A program made the position numbers and the translations under genes. A DNA stretch of 63,865 nt, counting the filler. It is 10 parts of 10 records of this genome, joined end to end, with 100 filler letters (N's around TTAATTAATTAA, not from the genome) between each part and the next. Parts side by side here need not be neighbours in the genome. Positions count along the whole stretch, not along the records: positions 1 to 4,852 come from SRR15195285_1576; positions 4,953 to 11,483 come from SRR15195285_1578; positions 11,584 to 15,127 come from SRR15195285_1580; 7 more parts are not named here. One strand, written 5' to 3'. Of the stretch, positions 1 through 11,779 are shown piece after piece. The first letter of the stretch is position 1. Every line of letters begins with the position of its first letter. The notes under the pieces are model-generated. The model was not told where the DNA came from. It saw only the letters and a list, made by a program, of their open reading frames with translations, and made no database searches.

Positions 1-347
1 AATAGGGCTGCGAGTACCATAGCAGCGGCGTTTCCGTTCGGCCGTCTGCCGAGTCAAAACACCATCCACCGGCCGGTGCCGAATGTTCCGGAACTACGTA
101 GTCAATTCCCTGTGCTCGATGGAGTCAAACGCGCCAACCACATTTTGTCAACACTACGTCCCATACAAAAAATATGTAAAATCCGTTCGTTAATGAATCC
201 ATTAGCGTAATTTCTGGTGCATTTCACTGACCATCGAACTGCCTCATAAAGTGCCGGACGATCGGTGATCCCATAGAGGTGACGGCGGAGGGTGGGCGCC
301 TTATTTTCATAACGGTACCGTAGAGTGGACTGGTGACCCCGGTGGTG

Positions 348-2388
348 ATGCCGATTGGCGGGCGGCCGGTGTTCATCGGGCGGCAGCAGCGCCCCGCTGA
401 CGTGGCGGCGGACTCCACGGCGCCGATGAAGCCGGTGCCGCCGCCGTCGTCCTCGCAGGTGGTATCCCCGCCGACGCTGCGGCCGGCACCGCCAGGGCAA
501 GAGGAGGGCGTTAGCACGTCCGGTTCGCTGGATGAGCTGGTAGCGCATGTGAGCGAGAAGGGGGTGTCGGTGCAGGTCAAGGCGCGCGAGCTGATCGTGG
601 AGAAGAAGCGGCACAACGGCCACAGCAAGAGCGACACGCTGCGGCTGTTCGAGTCGCATGCCGACATCGTTGACGGCACGATCGACCGCTCCTCGTTCAA
701 GCACGTGATGCTCGAGCGGCTTCGGCTGAGCTTGGACGAGACGGAGCTTGACATGCTGTACACCGTGCTGGGACCGGACGACGAAGACCGCGTGCAGCTG
801 TCGCGCCTGATCACAGTGCTGCACACCAAACAGCGCTGGGACCCGCGGAAGTACTTTCCCCAAAAGCAGGCGGTGGATCCAGTACTGTTGCGCCACTACA
901 GGTCTAGCATCCCTTGCCTCTCTGGTGCGTCGCACGAGAAGCGTGCGGCGCCGCCAGGCGCAGGGCGCGACGTGCCATCCCCAGAGGCGCGAGAGGAGTT
1001 CCGGAGCGCATTGGCAGTCAACATGAACCACATCTCTTCCCGCAAGGACGAGCAACGAGAGCGCGAGCAGTTGGCCCAGACGAGTGAGATGGCGCTGAAC
1101 GCGTCGTTGTCGCGTCACCGGCTTCCGAATGGCACAACCGACATAATATGTGGGGCATCGACCTCTCGCCAGTGGCCACCACGCGGCACGGTGCTCACGT
1201 CACCACGCGGGGCACCGAAGGCACAGAGCGCGAGGGAGGGGCCGGTGTCTGCGGGACAGTTCCTGTCAGGCTCCTCCGGTGACTTGGTCAGCATGAGCGC
1301 AGCGCCACTCGGCTCGCCGCGTCGAGAGTTCAACGCACAGCTTCTGCCGAGCCCGGGCTCTCCCCGGGCGGGTTTCAACGGAGTCCCCGGCGTTCGCGTG
1401 CCACCGAAGCATCACTACGAGCAACCAACTGGTGCCCAGATGGACCCCATGTGGATCCCACCAAAGGGAGGGAAAGGACCCAACGCCACGTTCTCCAAAG
1501 GAAATGGCTGGAATCTTCAGCCGTCACCCAAAGCACTCTACACCAAGGACTTTCAGACGACGCTTGCAAGCCGCGCACAGGAGCACGACTCGCAGGCTGT
1601 CTCACAGACGATCGGCACGCTCCGACGACGGAAAGAACACTTCAGCCATGGCACGCGGTTCTTCGATCCCCGCACGGAGTACGGTTGCGCTGTCGAGATT
1701 AATCCGAAGAACGGGTTGGTCGGGCGTGCTTTCGGAGACAGAGAAGGGCATCGTTTCGTTGACGAGCTACCGAAGCGCAACTCCTGGAACCCGTCGATCC
1801 ACCCGGCGCCGACGCTGCCTGGCCATCAACAGGGAGTCTTCGGATATGAGAACAAGGCATCACCGCACCCGAAAGAAAACCCGAAGGTCCATTGGAATAC
1901 TATGGTGAGTTTTGCCGTCACCGTCCGTCCGTGGCTCTATGATGCCCGCAGTCGTATTGATTAGCTGTACGTGTTCAGGTCGAGACCGGAGCATCGGATC
2001 ATATGCTTGCCTCGAGTGCGCGACCGTGGGGTCCGAAGACGCGTATGAAGCGCCTGATGCAAGGCACGCTTGGCTCACCCGTTATCCATCCGCCGGTTTC
2101 GACGTCAGATCTACCGGCCAAAACGCAGTGCGTCAGGCCTCGACTGTTTTCACTTCTCATTGTACTCTGCGCTCCTACCCCTGCCGAATGCAGCATTGAT
2201 CCACCACGGGTTGCGTCATCAGGTTTATGACCGAGGCACCGCCACGTCACGCCAAAAACTACAGCGCTGTGGCACTTCCATATCGTCCACCTCGCAATCC
2301 GAGCGGCATTGGGAGCTGCTACATGCTTGATAGCCGGACGAACGGTGCCGCTGTCGCAAACCTGCTCAGTGGGGCGTTGTCAAGTTAG
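348..2388 (+). CDS. Hypothetical protein with degenerate N-terminal EF-hand pair (3 exons: 348-1904, 1979-2127, 2223-2388)
   Basis: Long ORF 333-1964; GTGAGT donor at 1905 with CAG at 1978; GTGCGT donor at 2128 with CAG at 2222 gives a continuous frame to TAG 2386-2388. EF-hand-like segment LFESHADIVDGTIDRSSFKHVM...LDETELDMLYTVLGPDDEDRVQL. Confidence 0.7.
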
Positions 2389-2606
2389 GCAGAGTACGAG
2401 AGCAGACCTGTCTGAGTATGATCTACACAATTTATGTAGCAGAGCGATCGAGGCAGTTGCGTAGACGTAGATCTCAGTAACTCATACGATAAAAAGATTA
2501 CATTGCTCTGCAAGAATCATTGATTAGTGCACGTGCTCGAGCGCATACCGCTCAATGGACGCAGGCCTCGCACAGCACTTGTGGACACATTCTCTTGGAG
2601 TTTGAA

Positions 2607-4613
2607 TTAGATTTCACCCTCACGTCCTGGCGTCACTCGGAGTGACACCGGCCTTGAGTTGGTGCGCTGCTTTGTAGCTATGGCCTGAGGAGTGCTCAGC
2701 GCACCCTGCTGCACTCCGTTCTCATCCTGCACCAGACCCAACGCACGACGCGCTGTTTTGTGCCGTGTGAGACCACCTCCAAGTCCGGGTGCGATATCTG
2801 AAAATGGGGCTGCGTTCTCGCTTTCTTGTTGCTCCATTTGTTCTGCGGTGACGACATCGACAACCGGAATCAGCATGTAGTCACCGTGGGTGCTGCAAAG
2901 GCTTGCCCAGCCAGTAGTCCCATCTGCGCCAGGAAGCTGCAACTTGATGCGCGGACCGTGCCACCACTGGTTGTCAATCGCAGTAACCAGCGTCCCCGGC
3001 TGCAACTTCGCTACTTCTGATGAAGATGGCGTCACAAGTTTTGTTACCGTCACTTCCGCAAGAACTTTGAACTCACGTCCTTGCAACTGGACCCCACGCT
3101 GGAAGCTTTCGGCAACAAGCCGTGCCGGCGACCGTAGCGCACGCACGCCAATCTTAGGCGTGCCTAGCTGATCACTGCCAGGAGTGCAAACCGAGCTGTT
3201 AGAAGTGCTGCGGCCCACAGGGGTCTCTACAAACCCTGGGGCGCCGCGCGGGCGGCCGTTTCGGTCGAAGAGCGAGCGAGCAGCTGAGATCGGCTTCACG
3301 GTGTCTCGCGTCAGTGGTGCAGGCGGCTGTGTGCCGTCCGAGCTCGTTGAGCTCGCGCGGGCAACTGATCCGCGAGGCGGCGAAATAACTCGAGCCTTGA
3401 CGATCGGCATGCCCTTCTTGTTCCGGCGGAGGAGTCCACCGGCTTTGGCGGGGGCAGTCTCTTTTGCCTTCTTCTCTGACTTCTGCTTGGGCTTGGGCTG
3501 CCCAGGCAGCCGGGTCACTGCGCACGGACCAGCCGTGCGCAGCGGCGGCGGTGCGGCCTTCCCATGGCGGCGAGCAGATTGGTCTACTTTCGATGGCGTC
3601 TGCAACCCAACGTTAAGTGCTGGAATAGAGCGGAACACGGTGTAGGCCGGTCCGTGGTTGACCATCGGCCCACGCACTGAGACCTTGCCTTTGTTTTCCT
3701 TCATGGCCATGACGACCTTCTTCGCAAACATCTCGTCCGTGCCCGCGGCGATAAGCTGAGCATAGAGCTTGCCTTGGTTGGTACTGTTCCAATCTCCAAA
3801 TTTGGTGTTGAACTCCACGTCAATCTTGCACAGCATCGTTCCCTTGTCGACGGCGGGAGGAGCAGCGGGCGAGAGGTGCTCCGGTGGAATTTCACGGACC
3901 GAGTGCCACTCTTGCTCCTCCTCCGACGCCGACTCCTCCGACTCCTCCGTTTCTTCAGCGATGAACTTGTCAGTTTCCTGGGCAGGCTTGTTTGCCGACG
4001 CTGGTGGTTCTTGTACGGGCTGACGCATGCTGTCAGTGACGCTTCCTGCGGCTAGGCCTTGAGACTTCAGGACCGCTAGCCAGTCGGGGGTCTTGAGGAC
4101 TGCCGCTGGAGGCGGCGGCGCAGACTGGGGGGTCGCGAGCGGAGACTCTTGCACCATGGACCGAACTGATTGAGGTGTGCTGGGCTGGGAGTTCATCCAG
4201 GACGGCGTCTGCTGGCTTTGCAGCTGGTCAATCAGGGCGTCCTTGGTGAGGACTGCACTGCGTGGCACTGGCGGCAGACTGTGGGTGTTCGGAGTCGCGT
4301 CGCGCACTGCAACTACCGCCTCCTGCACCACGTCCGCTCGCTGAGCGGTCGCACCCGGCGATGATGAAGTCGTTGCCTTGACCTTTATCGTGGCGCGCAC
4401 ACGCTTGAGCTCCCGCGAGTTGCTGCGCGCAGCGCCCTTGGCCACCACAGCATCATCCGACCCGGCCGCGGCACCTACCTTGGGCACGGCTGCCTTCGCG
4501 ACCGGCGGCGCGCCGAGCGCCCCCGCCGCCACACCCCCACTGCCATTGTCGGCGGCTGGCTTCGCGATGGCCGAGCGACGGCGCTGTACTGGGCGGGAGG
4601 AGCAGCAGCTCAT
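2607..4613 (-). CDS. Hypothetical low-complexity protein with C-terminal SH3(b)-like segment
   Basis: 698-aa ORF, first ATG at 4613 (MSCCSS). C-terminal VLAEVTVT...SSEVAKLQPGTLV...PRIKL...GWASLCSTHGDYML resembles the SH3b-like modules seen in protists. Confidence 0.65.
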   Translation of the reverse strand: MSCCSSRPVQRRRSAIAKPAADNGSGGVAAGALGAPPVAKAAVPKVGAAAGSDDAVVAKGAARSNSRELKRVRATIKVKATTSSSPGATAQRADVVQEAVVAVRDATPNTHSLPPVPRSAVLTKDALIDQLQSQQTPSWMNSQPSTPQSVRSMVQESPLATPQSAPPPPAAVLKTPDWLAVLKSQGLAAGSVTDSMRQPVQEPPASANKPAQETDKFIAEETEESEESASEEEQEWHSVREIPPEHLSPAAPPAVDKGTMLCKIDVEFNTKFGDWNSTNQGKLYAQLIAAGTDEMFAKKVVMAMKENKGKVSVRGPMVNHGPAYTVFRSIPALNVGLQTPSKVDQSARRHGKAAPPPLRTAGPCAVTRLPGQPKPKQKSEKKAKETAPAKAGGLLRRNKKGMPIVKARVISPPRGSVARASSTSSDGTQPPAPLTRDTVKPISAARSLFDRNGRPRGAPGFVETPVGRSTSNSSVCTPGSDQLGTPKIGVRALRSPARLVAESFQRGVQLQGREFKVLAEVTVTKLVTPSSSEVAKLQPGTLVTAIDNQWWHGPRIKLQLPGADGTTGWASLCSTHGDYMLIPVVDVVTAEQMEQQESENAAPFSDIAPGLGGGLTRHKTARRALGLVQDENGVQQGALSTPQAIATKQRTNSRPVSLRVTPGREGEI

Positions 4614-4852
4614 CGTTGTTGATGTTGTCCTGAGCAACCTCAGAGCAGACCTGACCACCGGAGCGCAGCGTTTACAGTCGTAGTACCGTAGCGCATTCGT
4701 CAATCGACCGTTGGCGCGTTGGGCTAGATCAAGATCTACGCCGATCGCGGATCAACCTGGGAGACTCTTGATCACTCGATTACGCATTACCGTATCCGGG
4801 ATGCTGACGTGGGTTGGTCAGATGGTCACTGCCCGCAAATAGATCTATTTTC

Positions 4853-4952
4853 NNNNNNNNNNNNNNNNNNNNNNNNNNNNNNNNNNNNNNNNNNNNTTAA
4901 TTAATTAANNNNNNNNNNNNNNNNNNNNNNNNNNNNNNNNNNNNNNNNNNNN
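4853..4952. other. Artificial contig-joining spacer
   Basis: 44 N + TTAATTAATTAA (stop codons in all six frames) + 44 N. Confidence 0.98.
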
Positions 4953-5007
4953 TGCGCTTCGGAAGGCCGCTGCAGAGACAGTTTCTAAAGCGGCCTTCCG
5001 AAGCGCA
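4953..5007. repeat. Perfect 19-bp inverted repeat (hairpin) at contig start
   Basis: TGCGCTTCGGAAGGCCGCT (4953-4971) and its reverse complement AGCGGCCTTCCGAAGCGCA (4989-5007). Confidence 0.9.
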
Positions 5008-5244
5008 GCTCGAACAGGGCCCAGTACTAGAGGAGGGTCAGGTGCAGCATCGCCATCGCACGAGCTTGCGCGTCCCGTCCGGTGGGGCGCGCGCGCGCGC
5101 GCGGCGCGCGCGCGCGCCTGCGCGTGGCGCCGGCATGCATGCAGAGCAGCTTACAGTGCATTATACTGTTCTCTAGTGGCGCCCTCCTGCGCATGCGTGA
5201 TGCGTGTGCGTGCCGGCGCCAACTTGCCCAAGCAAACGTAGTCG

Positions 5245-7965
5245 ATGCCAGGCTACACCAAGGCTGCACAGCTGCTGGCGGCTCTGACAGCGCTCAGAGA
5301 GGCATATTCTCTGCCGCGTCCACACTTGTGGCTAATTGTCGCCGATGGTGCGTGTACACACAATCAGAGAATCTATACTGTCCTGCGCGCACGGGACAGA
5401 TGCTGTCATACTGAATTGTGGCTGCTGAGCGACGAGCCTGCTACTGTGGGCTGACCCGAAGCATCTTCTTGTCCCCATGCAATGCGGTCCAGACTATGGC
5501 TGGAATGACGTGGGGTTCCACCAGAACCGGAAATCCGCGGCCAACCCGCGGGGGGAAGCTACAACCGCCACGCCGATTCTTACGCCGCGCCTGGATGCGT
5601 GTGTCGCACCACGTACCTGCATATAGTGCAACCCGCAAAAGCCCCAGCGTGGTTTCACACTTGAACAGTCTCGTTTGCGTTTTAATCGTAGGCTGGCTGA
5701 AGAAGGAGTGCGACTGGAGATGTATTACGTGCAGCCCGTATGCTCCCCTACTCGTGGAGCAATCATGTCAGGCCGCTACCCATCTCACACTGGCATCGGA
5801 CCCGCTGTGATACCCCCGGCGGCACCTTACGGAATGCCCAAAGAGGAGACGCTTCTACCACAGGTGCTTCGCACAGCGGGCTACAAAACGGCGGCGCTCG
5901 GCAAGGTGCGCCGTTGACAAGCAAGAGCGCACGTCTCTCGCACTTTTATATTGTTGCATGCAGAGCGTCGGATCCAGTCACTGCAGTTCGCGACAGCGTG
6001 ATGTCACCCCGAGTTGCACATGTGCCCGTCGCCCTGTTCTGCAGTGGCACCTGGGTTTCTGCGACGAGCGATATACGCCCACGTTTCGTGGGTTCGACGA
6101 ATACCTTGGCTATTTGAACGGCGCTGAGGACTACTGGAGCCATTACCGCTGCCAGGCCCCACCGCGAGACTTGCACTCGGTTGCGAGCAATGCCACGTCG
6201 ATAGTGCCACCAGACCCACACGGAATTGTTTGCAGTGGCATCGCTTCTACGGCCACTGTCAACATGGGGGTTGACAAGTGGAACTACCTAGACTTTAGGA
6301 ATGGATCGACGCCCGGTGTTCTCGCGGCTGCCTCAAACAACAGCTTCGAGGACTATTCCGCATTCGTGTTCGCGCGGGAGGCAGCGCGCTTGGCTGCAAA
6401 GCACAGCGCAAATCACGCGGGTGTACCCTTGTTTATGTACATGGCCATGCAGTCGGTACACGAGCCGTTGCAAGCTCCTGATGACGCCGTTGCGAAGTAT
6501 GCGTCCTCGATCGCTGACTTCGACAGGCGTGTAACCGCAGCAATGGTTACTTCCATGGACACCGCAATCGGCCTTGCAGTGGATGGATGGGACAAGGCCG
6601 GCATGTGGGCAGACACGTGAGTTTGGTCGATCTGCTCCACCGGCACATGGTTGATCATTCTGAATGCTACCCTGGCGCTGACTATCGCCGCGCTTATCAA
6701 CGTCGCACTGGTTTTTGTGCTGGTGCTGCTTGTGCTGCTCAGAGTACTCGTTTTCACCACTGGTGAGCGATCAGTCGGTAGCATGCGAGCACACGTGCAC
6801 TATAATGCTTTTTAAATTGCCGACCGGGTTTGTTGAGGCTGAACATTGCATATTGCTGTACTATATCTGTCCAGACAACGGTGGCCCCCAACCGACTCAC
6901 AACAACTATCCGTTACGCGGTGGGAAGTTTACGAATTGGGTGCGAGGAACTTGCTGCGGCCCTTGCTAGTACACTGGCGCTTTGCTTGGAGATGAACTTC
7001 TGCGACCTGGTTTGCAGGAAGGTGGAGTGCGTGGGAACTGTTTCATTCGTGGCACATCGTCGACCCTTGCCAAACTTCAACCGAGTGTAGTCGGGACGTT
7101 TGCAACACCACTTATGCACGCGGTGAGAGTGCTTCACGGATATCACGTCTAATTTATCATTTTTGCTGTGCTATGCAACAGAACTGACGTTCGTTGCCGT
7201 GTTCAACCGATCTGGGCTGTCAGACTGATTGGTTGCCGACGTTAGCTGGGCTAGCGGGTATTACACGGCCGCACACGAGTCGGCCACTGGACGGTTTTGA
7301 TCAGTGGAACGCAATCAATGGCTTTGAGCCATCACCACGCAAGTCAGTTGTTCACAATGTTCCGACGTCTGGATACGAAGGCGCGATCCGGCTGGGAGAT
7401 TTCAAGCTTCTTCTGGTGCCTGCTCTGGCCAAGGCCGATCAACAACCACCAATTAATGTGCAGCACTTTTGCTAAACGTGATTGGTTGTGCATAGGTTGG
7501 GGCGCATGGTGGTATGCAGACTGTGAATACTGGAATTCACTCACAGCGCCAACCGCCGCAGGGATTCACACCCGTGGTCCCTGACGTTTTCCCGGCTGGC
7601 GTGAACACCACTGTTAACGGGCCGATTGTGGGTAGGCACGACGTGCTTGCGTGGCTGTTCAACAGTGAGTAGAGCTGAGCCTACGGTAGCGAATTTCAAC
7701 AGTAATTGTGGCTCTGACCATGCTGTTGCTTCGACGGTCTGGCTCGATAGTTACTAAGGATCCACAAGAGCTCGACAATCTTGCCTCCGATCCATCTTTT
7801 GACTCGGATCTTAATGCGTGCTTGAAATTCTATGAAGACTACCGTGAGACAGCAGTCGCTGACTTAACGATTTCCAAGGGAGACGCGGACCCAGCTGCGG
7901 ACCCTAGCCGAAGATCTGATCTCACGTGGGGACCTTTTGTAAACAGTACCCAGTGCAAGTGGTGA
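5245..7965 (+). CDS. Secreted arylsulfatase B-like (S1 family) sulfatase, about 10 introns
   Basis: Signal-like N-terminus, spliced PHLWLIVAD|DYGWNDVGFH, CSPTRGAIMSGRYP (CxPxR formylglycine motif), GK|WHLG, RGFD, QSVHEPLQ, DNGG, NYPLRGGK, EGGVR, DWLPTL, LDGFDQW, DPQELDNLA. GT-AG introns include 5348-5492 and 5599-5691. Confidence 0.93.
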
Positions 7966-8504
7966 GGGTTCATAAATCGTTTTTGCCAGTCACGCTATAA
8001 TTATCATGTGCAGTAGACTACTGTACATGGTAAGGTTCCAGAGACGCTAGTCGTGAAGAGCAACGGCAACGGACGAGAGTCTACACAAAACCGGCGTTTA
8101 AAACGCTCCGGGCGGTGCATTGCGGTCTCGTAACCATTGTGGGAATCTGATCAATTAGATTGAAGATTTGTGCACGAGTTCCACGTTCTGAGAAAACTCA
8201 AAACGTTCGCACACATCAGCACAGGCAGATACTATTCATAGTACATGTACCCACCGCGGAGTGCCCGCCGTCCTTGATCCGGTATTCGGAATTCGATATT
8301 TGGTGCAGTGCCCAGATTGTAACCGAGTCAGAATCGGAATCCAGAGCGCAGAGGGCTCGCCGCGGCCAGCGGTTTACGCCGCGCGGTTTTGAAATCCTCG
8401 GACCTTCGAAACGATACCGACACTTTGAAAACAATTCGGTCGGTGCATGTGCCACTGAGCAGGCAGGCGGCCGCCGCGCGAACGAATCGAAGCAGTACGT
8501 CGAT

Positions 8505-11174
8505 ATGGTGGCCAAGCGCGCATGCTACTTGGCGTTTACGCTCACGCCTTGTTCTTTCCGGCTCTGCCTAGCTTACTGGATCAGTGCGTCCCTATTGGCA
8601 TCCACAGGGCTGTTGAGCTGCCCACTCGTGGAGGCCAGCGCTGGCACTACTGCTGCCACATCAGCGACTCCCAGAGGTACAGCTGGTACGGGCAGTGCCA
8701 ACGCTGGGAGGGTGCAGCTGAACGCGACCGGCAGCGGCCTGCGCAGCGGGGAGTTCCTGCCCATCGTGGACGGTCCAGGGCCGCTGGTGTGTCCTCAGTC
8801 GCTCACCACACAGCAGGTCCGCCTCCCGATTCATACGTACGCAGTCGTACTGTGGGATGTCGACCAAACCCATTCTGATTCCGCAAACACCGTCACCTGC
8901 GATTGTTGAACAAACCTCAATGTCGCTGCAGGGATTGGGGCATTGCATTGGCGTCCACCCTCTCGGGAGTGCCATGTTAAACGATGACGCGCTCGGGGCG
9001 GACATCTTCTTGCACTGTGGGGCGCAAATGAAACCGCCGCAGGGCGCCTCGCTTCTCTATCGTTATCCGTTCCTTGGGCGTGAGCTGCAGGGGGGCGTCG
9101 GGGTCCCAGTATTCGGGAAGCCAGTGGCTTTACCTGACTGGTCGGCTGAATTTCCATCGCTTATGCCGAAGGCGGTTTGGTAGCTGGGCAACAGGGGCAC
9201 GGTGTTCGCAGCAGCGTTTTCTTCCGATTACATGCATCTGTTGGCCCTGAAGAATGGTACGTACTGGGAGCATGTCAACTCGACCCATTTTAATTCACCA
9301 GGGTGGAAGGGGCTGGGCTCTGTGGCTGTTAGCAGGCTACCCAACGGTGGGTGGCGGGTAGCCAGCGATTTTTATACCGGTGAGAGCCAGCGTGCGCACA
9401 GCCTTATCGACGGCCACAAGGGGTGGCGAAGCCCTACCTACCAGCCGTTTGGAGGTGATGGAATCTACCGTGGCAGCTTGCCCGTGAAAGGCGTCAAGTC
9501 GTTCGATATTGATCCACGATTTGGCAATGCCAGTAACTTCCGTGAGCTCACACCAGCTGCATGGAGCGGTGGCCTGCTTGGTCTAGCGCTTACCACCATG
9601 AGATATCGTGGAGAAGAAATTCTCCTGGGCAGCTCACACGGGGGATTAGTCTACATTATTCCGAGCAGCAACTCTACGCAGCCGACGCCGGCTGTTGATG
9701 CATCGACGGAACAGCTTTTCAAAGCCTCAGTGATCGGCGCCATGCCGATCCGCTATCCTCGAGACGAGGACAATGATGATGTCATTATCGGTGGTGAGAA
9801 CGGTCTGCATTTCGTTTCGAGCGAGCCACATAATGCATTTAGTGGGGAGAACAATCAGCAGCTGCAACTAAGGCTGAGGCATCGTGGTCCAGTATTGGAA
9901 CAGTTGACCCGCTCGAGCACGCCGCTGGCAACTGGCTCCACACCGACTGTCTCTTCTGGTGATTGGGACGACGATGGCGTTCTAGATCTCATCGCTGGCA
10001 GCGCAGAGGGTCGAATTTTCTTCGTCAAGGGGCTTGCTGCAGCAAGTTTCAACAACATCACGGAAAGCGCAACCACAAGCGTTGCAGGACTAGAAATGGG
10101 GGCGCAGTTGCCTCGATCGGCGCAAGTTGGCATTAAAGCATCCACAATGATAGGATTTGCCCGACCTGTGGCTTTGAGAACCGGGACCGGCGCTGATACT
10201 GCCGAGATCCTGGTCCAAGGTGGTTACAGGGTGGATCTGCAAGGTCCAGCAGAATCGAGGTGGGGCTACACCGCACCGACAATGGTGGACTGGAATGGCG
10301 ATGGTCTCATGGACCTTATCTCAAGCGACAATTCTGCCCGCACATTGCTGTACCTGCGCTACCGTGCTAGTGACAACAGAGCATGCAACGATAAAATTCC
10401 GAACGGTACTAGCGAGGTGAGCTCACAGCTGGCGCTGCGCCCACCAGTGCCACTCGTTTTAGACGGTCTTTTGCTCCATGGAACGTGGAGAAACGGTCCT
10501 GCTGCTGGAAAAATTGGAGGAAGGATGGCAATTGTCACGAGCGATGAGCAAGATGAGATGCACGTGTAAGTGAGAGCTTTTCCCATTGGGATTTGTGCTG
10601 GTTTTGCTGCTTCTGATGTAGATGCTTGTTTCACGGGAGCAGGTACTACCGTATTGATAATGTCAATATTCGCGACGGTGGAAAGCTGCTAGTCAGGCAG
10701 CCCGGCTCCTTCGCACTGACAAATGTGCAGACCAACTACATGCATGCAGGTGGATCGGGAAGGCTAAAGTACGCGATTGTAGACTTCGACAGGGATGGTC
10801 TAGAAGATCTGTTGCTTGGTACGTGTGGGTATCACTCAATCGGGAGCAACACAACTGGCTTGCCCGCCTGCGCCACTGCTGGTGCAGGTGGGAAATGTGG
10901 CAACAATGGTGCCACCGCACTCCTCATGCGGCAGAGCAACTCTAGCTACCACAAAACCGGCCAGCTGGTATTCGAATGGCCAGAATGGGTCACTGCGGAC
11001 GGGTATCGCGTTGCGCACGGCGGCCAGGAGCTTGGTATTGCTCCGATTGATACTGGAAATGGTGCGGTAAGCTTGATTTTGGCAACACCGGGCGGTCGTC
11101 ACATTTTCTGGGACTCAACAGATATTAGGACAAGCACTACGGAGCCGCCTATGCAGCCGCCACCAACATTGTGA
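8505..11174 (+). CDS. Secreted FG-GAP/VCBS-repeat beta-propeller protein; in-frame TAG at 9181-9183 unless spliced out
   Basis: Hydrophobic N-terminus; introns 8817-8931 and 10566-10642; repeats DWDDDGVLDLIAG, DWNGDGLMDLIS, DFDRDGLEDLLLG. Confidence 0.75.
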
Positions 11175-11483
11175 AAACGCAATATTTCAAAATTGAGCAT
11201 TTGGAATCTTCGATGTATCCCTTGACGACAAAGCGTTTGTTTGCTGCACTGTTGAGTAGTGCCTTGTCCACAGCAAAAGCATAGCCCAACTCGAACTCCG
11301 CGAGGCCCACACTAGTGTTTTCAAAATCGATCGCGCATAAATGAGGTTCAGCATCCTCAACGGCCATCAATACATTGTCATGATGAAAGTCAGCATGAAT
11401 TGTACACGTTCTCCGTGCTAATGCGTGCGATGTATTCAAGATGTCAATCGCTTGGTGAGTGACACCAAAAATGCTCGCGATGG
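11149..11483 (-). CDS. Choline/ethanolamine kinase or APH-like phosphotransferase, 5'-partial fragment
   Basis: Brenner-like HADFHHDNVL and IDFE...FELGY motifs. The frame is open to the contig end and the C-terminus looks short. Confidence 0.65.
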
Positions 11484-11583
11484 NNNNNNNNNNNNNNNNN
11501 NNNNNNNNNNNNNNNNNNNNNNNNNNNTTAATTAATTAANNNNNNNNNNNNNNNNNNNNNNNNNNNNNNNNNNNNNNNNNNNN
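11484..11583. other. Artificial contig-joining spacer
   Basis: N44-TTAATTAATTAA-N44. Confidence 0.98.
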
Positions 11584-11591
11584 CTATGGCG

Positions 11592-11640
11592 CCGTTTGTG
11601 GCGGTTTCCGCTTTTAAACAGCGGAAACCGCCACAAACGG
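11592..11640. repeat. Perfect 21-bp inverted repeat (hairpin) near contig start
   Basis: CCGTTTGTGGCGGTTTCCGCT - TTTAAAC - AGCGGAAACCGCCACAAACGG. Confidence 0.92.
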
Positions 11641-11779
11641 TGATCTCTGGATTCATGAGGTGAGGTTAGATATCTAGAGTACATTATCAAGTAGGCGTCG
11701 CCAAACCCCGTCGAAATCTTCTCGCGCAAAACGCATTCCAATTATGAAAAGGGCTGGTTCCATTAAGACCGGCGACTTG

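Noticed and set aside
102-1118. Long antisense and alternative-frame ORFs (102-1118, 55011-55826, 56211-57314, 57479-58735 and others)
   Set aside because: They are shadows of GC-rich real genes and have no motifs of their own.
5348-7750. Introner-like (mobile) introns in the intron-rich sulfatase and sialidase genes
   Set aside because: The introns inspected are canonical GT-AG, and by eye I saw no sequence similarity or terminal repeats shared among them. An all-vs-all BLASTN would be needed to exclude this fully.
9181-9183. Alternative genetic code (TAG = Gln)
   Set aside because: There is only one case, and TAG terminates other well-supported genes (2386-2388, 11780-11782, 14496-14498).
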